Of a stretch of DNA of 64,000 nt, positions 12,091 to 24,269 are shown piece after piece. Position numbers and translations under genes: made by a program. Below the pieces are notes generated by a model. The model was not told the DNA's origin, ran no database searches, and saw only the letters and a list, made by a program, of their open reading frames with translations. The stretch covers positions 32,798,001 to 32,862,000 of the forward strand of contig OZ024742.1 of assembly GCA_964016885.1 (NCBI GenBank). The letters run 5' to 3'. How positions within the stretch are numbered: position 1 is the stretch's first letter; each line of letters starts with the position of its first letter. The DNA is from Eledone cirrhosa (Eukaryota).

Positions 12091-15000
12091 TCATCATCAT
12101 CATCATCATCAACGTTTAACGTCCGTGTTCCACGCTTGCATGGGTTTGGACGGGGGTAGTCCCACTTGAGGCAAGAGTGATTGTCTTGCTCGCATAGGAC
12201 TGTCTGGCAGGTTTTCTACAGTTGGATGCCCTTCCTAACACCAACCACATTTACAGTGTGGGTCTGGGAGGTTTTTACCGTGTTGCCTACACGGCCACAT
12301 TACAGCGTGGACTGTGTGTTTTTTTGTCGTGACACCTACACGATCTCATTTGTTTCGGCCTCGATGGCGCGGCACCAACATAACTTTACATAGAACGGGG
12401 TGGTGTGGATGGGGTAGGGGTGGGGGTGGTGGGGCGGGGTGTATTTTGTTAGGGATGCCTACTGGCTGGAGTAGGTTTTACTATATATTTAGGTAAGGCG
12501 GGTCTTCTCTGTTACTGAGTACCGCCAAAGGTCTCGGTCCAGTGACATTGTCTTGGAGAGGTGTAAGTGTGTGATGTCGGAGTTTATCAGCTCGTCCCAG
12601 GTTTTTCTAGGTCTGCCTATTCCGTGACTACCGTCTATCTTTATTGCCCTGCACTTTGTTATACAGCTATCGACTTTCATGCGCATCACGTGTCCATACC
12701 AACGTAGCCTTCTCTCGAGTAAACAACATCTGATCCCTCTTATCTCTAATTTTTTCCTTAGTTCGTTTATGCTTTGCCGTTCACGTATATTACTGTTACA
12801 CATCCAGCGGAGCATGCAAGCTTCGTTCCTCTCTAGTCTGCGTATATCCTCTGCACACAATGCCCAGGTCTCACTGCCATGCAGCATTGCTCTTCGTATG
12901 CAGGCATCGTACAACCTGCCTTTCATTTTTAGTGAGAACCCTTTAGCAGCTAATAGTGGTATAAGCTCTCTGAACTTTTTCCAACCAGTTCTGACTCTAG
13001 CTACAGTACTTTCAGAGCACCCTCCCCCACTGCTGATTTTATCGCCCAGGTAACGGAAGCTGTCCACTATTTCTATAGAACCCTCTGCGCAATTGAAAGA
13101 GCTAGTAGCTTGTGGGCACTTGCTGCTACTTATTGCACCAGAGCACCGGCCACATGTAAAATCTATGTTCTTAGTTAGCTTACCTGTGATCCCACTACAT
13201 CTTTTATGCACCCATACTTTGCATTTAGGACATAAAATGGAGTTTCTACCTACGCCTTTCCTACACACCGAGCACGACCATTTCCCAGAAGGGACCGCCG
13301 CCTTGTTTTCTTTCCTACAAACTAGTACTTTGGTCTTAGCCAGGTTAATTTTAAGTCCTTTTGACTCTAGGCCGTGCTTCCATGTTTGGAATTTCTTCTC
13401 TAGCTCGGCCATTGATTCCGCTATGAGTGTCAGGTCGTCTGCGTATAGGAGTTCCCATGGGCAGCCTGTCTTGAACTCCTCTGTTATAGCCTGAAGGGCA
13501 ATAATAAATAGTAGTGGGCTGAGAACAGAGCCCTGATGGACGCCAACTTTTACGCTAAACTCTTCACTATATTCGTTGTTAATTCTAACCTTGCTGACTG
13601 TTTCTTTATACATGGCTTGTATAGCCCTCACAAGCCATTCGTCAACGCCTAGTTTTCTAAGAGCCCACCAGATAATGGAGCGGGGGACTCTGTCGAAGGC
13701 TTTCTCCAAGTCGACAAAAGCTAAGTAGAGGGGTTTACCTTTAGCTAGGTACTTCTCCTGTAGTTGTCGTACTATGAAAAGAGCGTCTGTGGTACTTTTG
13801 CCTGACACAAACCCGAACTGCATTTCATCTAGGTCAATTCTCTCTCTGATTAGTTGCGCTATTACTTTTTCCGTGACCTTCATGACCTGGTCGATTAATT
13901 TAATGCCTCTATAGTTACTCCTATCTAGGGCGTCTCCTTTACCCTTATAACAGTTAACGATGATGCTGCTATGCCAGTCCTTCGGAACAACCCCATTCTG
14001 TACGACTTGGTTAACTATGCGGGTGACCATGGTGTGTCCCACCGTGCCAGATGCCTTCAGCATCTCAGCAACTATTTCCGAAGGCCCAGCCGCCTTACCC
14101 GTCTTCATATCCTTGATTGCCTTACTTATTATACTCCCCTCGACTAACACTGCTGGTCCCTCTATTGGGTCGATATGGGGGAGACTGCCTTTCTCCCAAT
14201 TATTCTCCTCATTTAGTAGCCTTTCATAGTGACACTTCCAAGCTACCTTCTTATCAGCGTCGGTGATGGCAAGTGTGCCATCGTCGTTTAGTACACACTT
14301 CTCCCCGACAATATCACGGTTTTCCTTGACGCATTGCCTAGCAATCCTGAACACCTCACGTTTTTGGTCATCGCGTTGTAGAACATGCTTGAACTTTCTT
14401 TCCTCAGCTTCCCTTCTTGCTAAGTACACTTGTCTCCTAGCTTCCCTCCTGGCCACTTGATAGTCCTCTCTACTTCCCCCATCCCGCCATACTTTCCAAG
14501 CCTGCTTTTTGGCCTTAATTGACCCCTCCACCTTACTGTTCCACCACCATGTTACTCTCCTCCTGCCTACAGGCCTGCTCCGGCCACAGACTTCGTCTGT
14601 CGCCAACAGCAGGTTTGCTTTCAGAAATTCCCACTCTCCCTCTATATTGACCGACTCTAAATGTTCTTCCTTACTGTCGAAAGCATCAAGTAATATGCTT
14701 TGAAATTTATTCCTGGCTGTGGGGTCCTTTAGCTTCCATATTTTCCTCCTGAGGATAGTCCTCTTCTGTTGTCGAGTACGTCTCGTCCTGACTATGAGGT
14801 CGCTAATTATCAGTCTATGTTGGGAGGTGCATTCTTCATGGGGGAGGGATTTAGTGTTTACAACAGACACTCTGTCACGTCTTCTGGTAAGGATATAATC
14901 TACCTGGCTTGTGTGTTCCCCGGATCTATAGGTGATCAAGTGATTGTCACGTTTTTTGAAGTTAGTGTTACAGATAGTTAGGTTATTTGCATCACAGAAT

Positions 15001-16210
15001 TCCAGGATTCTGGAGCCTTCCTCATTTCTAGTACCAAACCCATAGCCTCCATGGATTTCGTCGTAGCCGTCACAATGTTGTCCAACGTGACCATTTAGGT
15101 CGCCTGCGATAATTATATAGTCACTGTCGGATATTTGGGAGGTAGTTAGCATCAGTGTCTCATAGAATCTGTCTTTTATAGTGCCGGGCAGTCCGGATTG
15201 GGGTGCGTACGCAGATATTACTGTCACCGTAGTTCTATTGAGGACAAGTCGTATTTTAATTATTCTGTCGTTCACTCTATTTACGTCTATTATCTTATCC
15301 GCCCACCTTTCTGCTACCATGATTCCTACTCCACCCAGCCCATCGTCGTTTCCCACCCAGAAAAGCTTATAACATCGTTTTTTACCCTCAATGAACCTAG
15401 CAGACCCACCCCTCCACCTGGTCTCTTGAATACAACAAACATCGACCTCCTTACGTTCAAGCATTTCTACAACCTCGTTAGCGCGACCCTTTAGGGTGCC
15501 TACATTTATGGTACCAACTCTGAAGTTTTGGATTGCGTTTGGGGGTTGGGGGCGGTGGGGGGCGGGGGGGCGATGGGGTTATGTTAGCCGTCCGCGGTCG
15601 AAACAATGAGGAGTGCTCGCATTCTCGTCCAGGAGGTGAATTTGTCTTTATCTTTGGCATTGTCGATGAGCGTCCAGATTTTTCTCTCTCACCTCCACTC
15701 TCCAGGATTCCGCGGTCCATCCATCCATCATATATCGAAAGGCAACCAGGCAAGCGATAGTATAGGCCTCTGGTTTCTGATTGGTCCGCGTAATAATACT
15801 GGTGATGCGTGGGGGCTGTTTTATGATTGGTCCACGTAATAGCAATGGTGGTGCGTGGGGGTGGGAGGGAGGGGTGTTGGGTAGCTAGCAAGAAGGTAAT
15901 GATTGAATGGGGTCCTTGCATTTAACAAGCGATTAACAAAAATACAAAATTTGTTCTGTTAAATACGCCCAAAAACTTTCGTATTTAACAATTAATAGAA
16001 ACAGAAAATGTAGTTTGTTTTAGCGATAGATTGGCTATTTGGACTTGATACGAAATATGGATTGTTTTGAAAATACGCTAGAATTAAGATTTGTGGAGGG
16101 AGAGAAATGAAGTCCGTACATTACGTTTACATGAATATCGTGGGTTAGACAGCAAGCAATGAAATTTGGCGAAGTGAATTCCTATCATATATATATATAT
16201 ATAGAGATAT

Positions 16211-16242
<32 letters not shown>

Positions 16243-16385
16243 TGGCCACATGATGGCTGTGTGTGTTAGGCGTTTGACCGCCCCGTGCCTTCGAAGAAGG
16301 AAGAAGGAAAGGATTTTGTTTTTTTTGTTTTGAAGATACGCTAGAATTAGGGATTGAGGTTTGAAAATACGTTAGGAATTAAGGT
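12091..16385 (-). mobile_element. Near full-length RTE-clade LINE (family A)
   Basis: APE-RT ORF, about 370-nt 3' UTR and (GAT)n tail at 12091-12110. The 5' boundary is approximate. Confidence 0.9.
12489..15578 (-). CDS. RTE ORF2: AP endonuclease plus reverse transcriptase with an inserted PHD finger, uninterrupted
   Basis: Motifs GTINV, IQETRW, SAYAPQ, GDLNGH, DYIL, QFGF, FVDLEKAFDRV, GVHQGSVLSP, LYADD, FRYLG and RRLRWYGH. The frame stays open up to a TAA at 15579-15581; the first ATG is at 15464. Confidence 0.95.
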   Translation of the reverse strand, partial: PHRPPAPHRPQPPNAIQNFRVGTINVGTLKGRANEVVEMLERKEVDVCCIQETRWRGGSARFIEGKKRCYKLFWVGNDDGLGGVGIMVAERWADKIIDVNRVNDRIIKIRLVLNRTTVTVISAYAPQSGLPGTIKDRFYETLMLTTSQISDSDYIIIAGDLNGHVGQHCDGYDEIHGGYGFGTRNEEGSRILEFCDANNLTICNTNFKKRDNHLITYRSGEHTSQVDYILTRRRDRVSVVNTKSLPHEECTSQHRLIISDLIVRTRRTRQQKRTILRRKIWKLKDPTARNKFQSILLDAFDSKEEHLESVNIEGEWEFLKANLLLATDEVCGRSRPVGRRRVTWWWNSKVEGSIKAKKQAWKVWRDGGSREDYQVARREARRQVYLARREAEERKFKHVLQRDDQKREVFRIARQCVKENRDIVGEKCVLNDDGTLAITDADKKVAWKCHYERLLNEENNWEKGSLPHIDPIEGPAVLVEGSIISKAIKDMKTGKAAGPSEIVAEMLKASGTVGHTMVTRIVNQVVQNGVVPKDWHSSIIVNCYKGKGDALDRSNYRGIKLIDQVMKVTEKVIAQLIRERIDLDEMQFGFVSGKSTTDALFIVRQLQEKYLAKGKPLYLAFVDLEKAFDRVPRSIIWWALRKLGVDEWLVRAIQAMYKETVSKVRINNEYSEEFSVKVGVHQGSVLSPLLFIIALQAITEEFKTGCPWELLYADDLTLIAESMAELEKKFQTWKHGLESKGLKINLAKTKVLVCRKENKAAVPSGKWSCSVCRKGVGRNSILCPKCKVWVHKRCSGITGKLTKNIDFTCGRCSGAISSSKCPQATSSFNCAEGSIEIVDSFRYLGDKISSGGGCSESTVARVRTGWKKFRELIPLLAAKGFSLKMKGRLYDACIRRAMLHGSETWALCAEDIRRLERNEACMLRWMCNSNIRERQSINELRKKLEIRGIRCCLLERRLRWYGHVMRMKVDSCITKCRAIKIDGSHGIGRPRKTWDELINSDITHLHLSKTMSLDRDLWRYSVTEKTRLT

Positions 16386-16427
16386 CTTGTACTTACTAAC
16401 TGCATGAACCAAAGAAAAGCCTTTCAG

Positions 16428-16730
16428 GTCAAAGAGAGAAGCTCTAGAGGCAATGAGCGAGTTTCCTGAGTTGATGAGGGAGCCTAATGAGTGAGTGAGA
16501 GAGTTTCTCAAGTCAAAAAGGAATCCTCTTCAGCCAACAGTGAAATCTCTTGAGTCACCAAAAAAACCTCTTAAACCAATGAAAGAGACTTTAGAGTAAA
16601 GAAACTTCTTGAGCTAGCAAAGTAGTCTCTTCTTAACAAAAGAGTCTCTTGAGCCAACAAGGGTGTCTCTTGAGCTCTTGAACCAACAAGGGTGTCTCTT
16701 GAGCTCTTGAACCAACAAGGGAGCCTCTGG
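16428..16730 (+). repeat. Degenerate tandem repeat with a unit of about 21 bp
   Basis: Recurrent GAGTCTCTTGAGCCAACAAGG-like units. Confidence 0.55.
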
Positions 16731-17117
16731 GTGCTTAACAATGTTGTCACCTTCTAACAGTGCTGCTAGTTTCAGCAGTGCAAGTAGCTTTGCAAATATT
16801 TTGTTTTGGCTCACATCACAGCACACCTTCTTTCCTTCTGTTATCCATAAAACTATTTCACGAATCAAGGCTGCAACAACTGAAATCATACAGTAATGAT
16901 TTTGCTTTACAACTTTCTGGAGTTTTTTTTCTCTCAGTTTTGCTTATTCTCACATATGCTGCTACCATATCCATTATATATCAAGTCAATATCCTGAAAA
17001 CTCTTGCATAGCTGATGAAAATTGATTTTTTACAGTAAGTTTTTAAAATGTACGATTATATTGAACTAATAAACATACTACATGGTGTGTTGCATAATTT
17101 TCTAGATAGATGCCAGT

Positions 17118-17342
17118 TTAACCCTTTAGCATTTACATTACTCTATACATACTATTGTACTTCTGTGGTAAAGGCTTTACCTCACATAATTAGCTCATAA
17201 TATTGAATCTACAAGATTTTGATGTTATTTATTTTGAGAATGATAACTTAACGTCAATATGAGTGGCCAGTTACAACCAGTTTGAGCAGAAAAAGATGAG
17301 AGAATTCTGGCCAGATACAGCCAATTTAAAGGCTAATGAGTT
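17118..17342. mobile_element. piggyBac-like MITE copy
   Basis: Collinear with 1827-2051; the right terminal repeat is decayed. Confidence 0.75.
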
Positions 17343-17802
17343 TTGCAGTTCTGATAAGAAATATATTTCTTACCGGGCACCATTAATGTAACCACTTTGT
17401 AGTTTTTTGATGTTGGCTATAAGGGCAGTAGATGGAATCTTCCCATGATCTAGAATATAGAGTAACAGTAAGATTAGAAAGAACTAATAAACACAAATAT
17501 TGAAAAAACATGTAAAAAGTTACAATCATATTAGAATAAAATAGTTAATCGATTTAGAATTTTAGAAATGGCAAATTAATTTTCTCAAAGATAAATAAGA
17601 TAGAAAGAACTATATTATTGGTTGAAGCATGGAATTCTACTTAATATCTATTCTGTATCAATTACTTTATTTATAAAATAAGATGCCATTTCATGTAGCA
17701 AATAGAGGGCAACACAACAGCATTGATATATGTATTAAACTAAAACTATACAATTACTATATTATTTCATACTAGATAAATCATTTGTGCATGTGTATGT
17801 GA

Positions 17803-18205
17803 ATGGAGAATGGGCAAATGGTTAAAAAGTTCACAATCATGAGGTTCCAGGTTTGATTTTACTACATGGCACCATGAGCATGTGTCTTTTAACATACCAT
17901 TAGGCCAACCCAAGTCTTGTGAGTAAAACTGGGTAGATGGAAACTGTATGGAAGCCTATCAGATGGACTGTAACTGCAATTTCAAAGATCCAGACTTAGT
18001 CACATAATGTGTTATGTTGAATCTCACAGAGAATTAAGTTAAGGTCTGTGAAATACATGTTGATTTAATGAGTAGGTAGTTTGGTTGATCAAATAACTGG
18101 AACAGTCATAGCTGAAAGTGATGGAAGTCCATTTACTAATTGTATATGCATGACCCATGCCAGCATGGAAAAAATAGATGTTAAACAGTGATGATGATGA
18201 TGATG
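17803..18205 (+). mobile_element. tRNA-derived SINE with RTE-type (GAT)n tail
   Basis: A/B-box-like head, body shared with 2601 and 19200, tail CCCATGCCAGCATGGAAAA...GTTAAAC(GAT)n. Confidence 0.65.
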
Positions 18206-19154
18206 TATGTGTATATATTGTTTTTTGTGAGTGGGTAGAATTCAATACATAAATGACTAATAATGAACATTGACTATGTAATAGCTCTGAGATAATGAGA
18301 AAACATTTTTGTGGTTCATCAATCAGCTAGAAATAACAGGCAAAACTTCCTTAAATTACACACTTAACTTCTTTAGAGAAAAGGAAAAGCTACAAGGTAT
18401 AATATGGTTCTAGATACCTTTTTGTCAAAGGTTTACTTGATCAGAACAGACTTTGGGCTAAACAACAACAATTTCTTGAGCACAGTAAGGATTTTCCAGA
18501 CACAACTAATGAATGTAAGATACTGGGAATGATGGAAATGATGTGGCCTCAGAAAATTCTAGAGTTTTGATTAATCATTAATAAATATACAGAGTTTTGA
18601 AACACATTATCATCATCATTTTTACATCCACTTTTCAATGCAAGTATGTATTGGCCATGACATTTTGAAGCATACAGCTGGATGCCCTTCCTGATACCAA
18701 CCCTTTTAATTGACTTTTATCACATGCAAAGATATGGTGCATATATTCTAAAAATCTAAGATAATTTAAATGTAAATATAACTACAATTTCCAATTACAT
18801 GCCTTAACATGAAAACATTCCTTTATTCTCTTTGTGCACAGAAAATATTCCTAAAAGATTACTTTTACATGTTTCACAGCTAGTTGGGTGTTCATCAGAA
18901 AACAAGTATCTTTAACTTTCTCCTTAAGTAGAGAACTTATAGCACTTACAATTTATGAGTAGATGCTGAAAAGAAATTGGCTTAACCCATCTCCTAAAAC
19001 TTTTCAGCATCCTCATGTATATACAAGGTGGTGTACCCCTCTTATATAAAAACAGACCAGAACTTAACTAAAATGGCCAATGTAATTTTCATAATGTGTA
19101 TTTATTTGGCCACATAATTGACTAATGAATATATATATATATATATATATATAT

Positions 19155-19497
19155 ACAACACAGCAACAAAGTGTTGTTTGACCCCTGTTGGTTTCTACAT
19201 ATGTTCCAGTTGTTTGAACAAACAGAACAGCCTGCTTGTGAAATTGGTGTGCAAGTGGATGAGCATTGCACAGACACATGCCCCCTTTAACATAGTTCTC
19301 AGGGAAATTCGGCATGACACTGTGACATGGCTGGTCCTCTGATTTCACAGGTATAAATGATTTTTGACAGCTGAATGAACTGGTACAATGTGAAATAAAG
19401 TGTATTTATTGCTCACAGTCACAATGCACCACCTGGAAATAAACTCATGACCTAATGATAATGAGCCAAACACTCTAACCACAAAGCCATGCACCTT
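19155..19497 (-). mobile_element. tRNA-derived SINE
   Basis: Head GGTGCATGGCTTTGTGGTTAGAGTGTT on the minus strand; central body is the reverse complement of 17970-18090. Confidence 0.6.
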
Positions 19498-19890
19498 CAT
19501 CTAGGTATAATATACCAATATAACATTCATCTAGGTATAATATACCAATATAACATTCATCTAGGTATAATATACCAATATAACATTCATCTAGGTATAA
19601 TATACCAATATAACATTCATCTAGGTATAATATACCAATATAACATTCATCTAGGTATAATATACCAATATAACATTCATCTAGGTATAATATACCAATA
19701 TAACATTCATCTAGGTATAATATACCAATATAACATTTATCTAGGTATAATATACTAATATAACATTCATCTAGGTATAATATACCAATATAACATTCAT
19801 CTAGGTATAATATACCAATATAACATTCATCTAGGTATAATATACCAATATAACATTCATCTAGGTATAATATACCAATATAATATTTAT
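19496..19890. repeat. 30-bp minisatellite, about 13 copies
   Basis: Unit TTCATCTAGGTATAATATACCAATATAACA, nearly perfect. Confidence 0.97.
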
Positions 19891-22800
19891 CTTAGATTTG
19901 CTAAAATATCCTATGTTCATAAATATCTATAATTCAAATTAATTGAAAATGACTGACAGAGAATTTTTCAAAATTTAAATAAGTATTTTTTCTCCTTGGT
20001 TTGGACTTTGTTTTGATATATACACACACATATATATATAAAATCAACTAATAAAACAACTAAAACAACAGAAAATGAAATGACAAATTGTATAAAAGTG
20101 TAAGATAGAAAAGTTAAGAAATTAACATAAATTGTTATCAGGTTAATGGAAACTTTTGTAACAAGCATTAAACATTTTTTATGCATTTTATAAAGCTAAT
20201 GGAGGTGGGGAAAGCTAGACAGCGCCAGAATTGTAGCCAAAATGAAATTAAAAAAAATAATGAATAAAAAAACAATTCACTTGAAACTTTTTAGTATAAA
20301 CTATAAAGCAAGCAGGTTTAAAATTAATATTAAGTTATCTTACCTGGGTTATAGAAATAACTATTAGGCTATTATTTGGAAAAATGGGAGATTATAGAAA
20401 TTTTGGGAGTTTATTTATTTATTTAGTAGCATGCGATGGACACAGGTTAAGGTCACCTGGATGAAGTTTTTGTATTATAGAAGACTCATTGTTGTTGTTT
20501 AAATCCCACCTTTCCCCTTTATTTTAGGGTATTGAGAACAAGAACATAAATCATCTAATGTGACCTTCCCAATTTTAAAATAGTAGGGTGTGATTTGAAA
20601 GAAATTTGGCTTCTATTTTTAGCAGGCAGTCTTCCTCACAGACTCAATAGAATTTTGTATAAATGGTATTGATAAAACCTCTTCAACTTCCAAAATGACA
20701 CTTGACTTGTTAAAAAAGCAACAAAATTTAACCACACCACCTTAAAATATACAATACATCAAGATGGTCATAGCTGGAATGTCTTTGATTGTAGGAGTAT
20801 TAGATCAAGGTAGATTATGAAATAGTTTAGGTGGACCTGAAGCATTTTAAGTCATTCAGAATTCTATAAGGAGTTTTTTTTTATAGTTAGTTGTGTTCAG
20901 GGCCATGGTGCTATACGGAATATTCCAGTTGTTGTTGTTTAGCCAGAGTCATTAGAGTGTGAAATTAAATGCCTTGGTATTTTTTCCTGCCTTTTGCACT
21001 TCATGTTTATATCTTGCCAAGGCTAACTTTACCTTTCATCTATTCAGGGTGGATAAACAAAACAGTAGTCCAGGGTCAGTGGATTGGCACAATTGTTAGT
21101 GAGATGGATAGGATGCTTTGCAGTATCTGATCTGGTTCTCTGTGTGTTCTAAGTTGAAACCTCACCTTCTGTGAAGAGTTGTGACCAGAAGATAGTATCA
21201 GCAACAGAAAGACAAATGGAAATACAGTTTCCTTAATCCAATCAGATAATTGGCTCCTTTCTTTTTTTATGTGTACCCCAGGTCAGATCTTGCTGAACAG
21301 ACATACAATCAAAAACATTCCAACCATGTGTAATTTGTGTAATTTTTAACAGTATATAGGAATATATTATTTAATGTGACATCTTATTTAAGGTGGTAAA
21401 GTAGAAATTGAGGGGAATTTTGCAGTTATTTTCAATAGTTTGAGTGACTCACTTGTTGGTTAATTTTTGTCATTCTCTAATGTGAAATTCTTCAGAAGAC
21501 ATACAGTAATGTAAACATTTACATAGTGCCAATTGTTACAAAAGTATACACATACATACACACACAAACAAACACACATACATTCTCTCTTTTCACATAT
21601 ACACATGCACAGAAACAAATCCATAATGTAAAAAAAGAACAAATCTATAATAAAAAAGAGGATCAGAGATTCACACATCATAGGGTGAATGTGCATTGCC
21701 TGGTGGTTTGAATGTTGAACTGGATCAGGCAGCACATTGTGTCCTTGAGCAAGACACTTCAATTCATATTTCTTTAGACCACCCAGCTGAAAGAAAATGA
21801 ATATCAACAGTAGCCGGAGTTTAACATTCATATTGGACTAGTGTCTGACCCAAGGAGGGGTTTTTTCATGATAGAACTGGGGGCCTCTATCAATAAAAAC
21901 CCTGAGAAACTTCCTATGAAATGTAATCTTATTAGCTAAACCTAGATAACATATTAAGGGTAACAAGGATTACACATTATAGAGTTAACAAGTTATAGAA
22001 ATAAATGTTAAAGATGTGTACACAAAATGTGTTAAACTATAGAGTTACATTTTACAGGGTTAATTGATCTATTGTAAATTTGGATTAATATATTGCAAAA
22101 ACATTGGTTGGGATTTCCTTGGGTTCCAGTTTAAAAGTATTATTATACAGGTATTTGTTAGAGACTTGACTAAATTGAAAACATGTGAAAAAGATACAAT
22201 AAAACTAGAGATTAAAATGGTGAACCTTTTTAACCAGGCATGTTGAAATTTTAATTTCTTTAGCCCTTTTGATACAAAACCACCCTTTCTTCAATAATAT
22301 TAAGCTGTTTGTTTTATATTTAAGTAAAAAATCTTTCATGATAATTTTATATAAGAACTTTTATTAAGTTATGCTCCAAACCTTTATTAAGTTATAATAG
22401 CAAAACACCTGCAACTGAATTTGCTTATTTTAAAATGTTTATCCTTATATTAAATCCTTCTATCATAATTTTATTTAAGACATTTTTGTCAGGTAAGGTT
22501 CTAAATTACTAATGAGAAAAAGTCTTATTTTATTATTTCAAAATATTTGAAAATAATAAGCAGTGTCTTTCATTAGAAATATAGTGACAATAGCGTTAAA
22601 CCAACTGAAGTATTATTCAAAAGGGAAAAATGTGATGAAAGTTTATCTTGTGTTAGGAACTCATCTCTAAAATTTAAGGCTGATGAAGATTGTGACTATT
22701 TTGGATAAAAAAGAAACTGTCTTTTAAAGAAGAATGATTTACCATTGTTACAGTTAAGAAACGAGACAGTAAGTGGTGAATGCTAAGACAGAATGGTTAA

Positions 22801-23239
22801 GAATAAGTCAGTTACTGTTTAGGTAACAAGTTAATATGATTGTAATAAGAAATTATTTATTAGTCTGGCTTTGTATGTTTGCCTGTTTGTCTCTGTGGAC
22901 TAAGGCAGTGAAAAAGAGATTTTGTTTATATCGTTAAGAAGAGAGTTGAAAAAGTTATATTAATATGATATAGAAGAAGACAAGTAATGTAGGAATATGT
23001 GTGAGTGTGTGCATGCGCTCATTCTTTCTCTCCAAGGCCAACCCCATGACTTACTATCCCTAACTCACACCCATGAAGTTATTCCTGAATTTCTTGTCCA
23101 ACACTGCCAGTATAGAAAGCAGGGTGCACCTCAATGAACCACCAGCCACCACTCACTTATAGCTACACTTTCATCCCTCAGCAAGCTACATGTAGCCTAA
23201 ACCTCACTTCTTATCACTGCCCACCTAGTTTGATAGGGG

Positions 23240-23730
23240 ACACTAGTGCCCTAGTTTTGAAAGGTGGTAGTGCTGGTGCCATAATAAAATGCAACTAGCC
23301 CTCTCTCTAAAATGGTAGTGCTGGTGCCATAATAAAATGCAACCAGCACACTCTCTAAAATGGTAGTGCTGGTACCGTGATAAAATGCAACCAGCACACT
23401 CTCTAAAATGGTAGTGCTGGTGCCATAATAAAATGCAACTAGCCCTCTCTCTAAAATGGTAGTGCTGGTGCCGTGATAAAATGCAACCAGCACACTCTCT
23501 AAAATGGTAGTGCTGGTGCCATAATAAAATGCACCCTGCCTACACTATATGTTGGTATAGCTGGTGCCATGATAAAACACTCTGGGTACACACCATGAAG
23601 TGGTTGGTGTTAGGAAGGACATCCTGCTGAAGAAACTATGCCAAAATGGAATGTATGAGTGAGACACAGTCATCTAATCTGTTTAACTACTGCCAGCATG
23701 GAAAATAGATGTAAAATGATGATGATGATA
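23240..23730 (+). mobile_element. RTE-tailed SINE-like element with an internal 48-bp minisatellite (about 6 units, 23262-23580)
   Basis: Unit AAATGGTAGTGCTGGTGCCATAATAAAATGCAACCAGCACACTCTCTA, followed by GTTAGGAAGGACATCC and a (GAT)n tail. Confidence 0.8.
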
Positions 23731-24216
23731 TAAGATAGACAGATAGATAGATGTTAGATGTTCATAAAGGAAAATCCCAAAGACCTCTATTGAAGTACTC
23801 AATACATTTCATGGCACAGCAGTAATGGAAATGGTATTTAGGAACTAGAGTATACTAAGGTCTGTGAGGTTGAGATTGGGATGGAATGGGAGAGGCAGAT
23901 GCTACAAGTTCATCATTCTAAAATGAAAAGTAGAGGAGTGTCATCCCCCTTGTATCCCCCACCACCATTTCCATTACTGATGCAGAAAAGATGTATATCA
24001 GAGGGTGAAGCTTGTAGAGTCATTACCAATTATTTAAACAATCGAAGTAGGAAAGCAGTGTGACAACATATAAGCAAAAATATTTACACACAAAAATATC
24101 CACAAACTCAAGCTTTTAATAATATACATACACTCTGCTTTAAGTATTGAGTACTTTTTTCCCTGTATGTAAACAAATGTTCATCAATCCACACATGCAC
24201 AAACACACATATATAT

Positions 24217-24247
<31 letters not shown>

Positions 24248-24269
24248 GATAGATAGATAGATATAGATA

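Noticed and set aside
12679-15494. Plus-strand ORFs over the RTE
   Set aside because: They are antisense shadows of the LINE ORF.
19496-19890. CRISPR-like regular array
   Set aside because: There are no unique spacers and no cas genes; it is a plain tandem repeat in eukaryotic DNA.
22677-22727. CTGATGA...GAAA spacing
   Set aside because: No stem II and a stem I made mostly of weak pairs.
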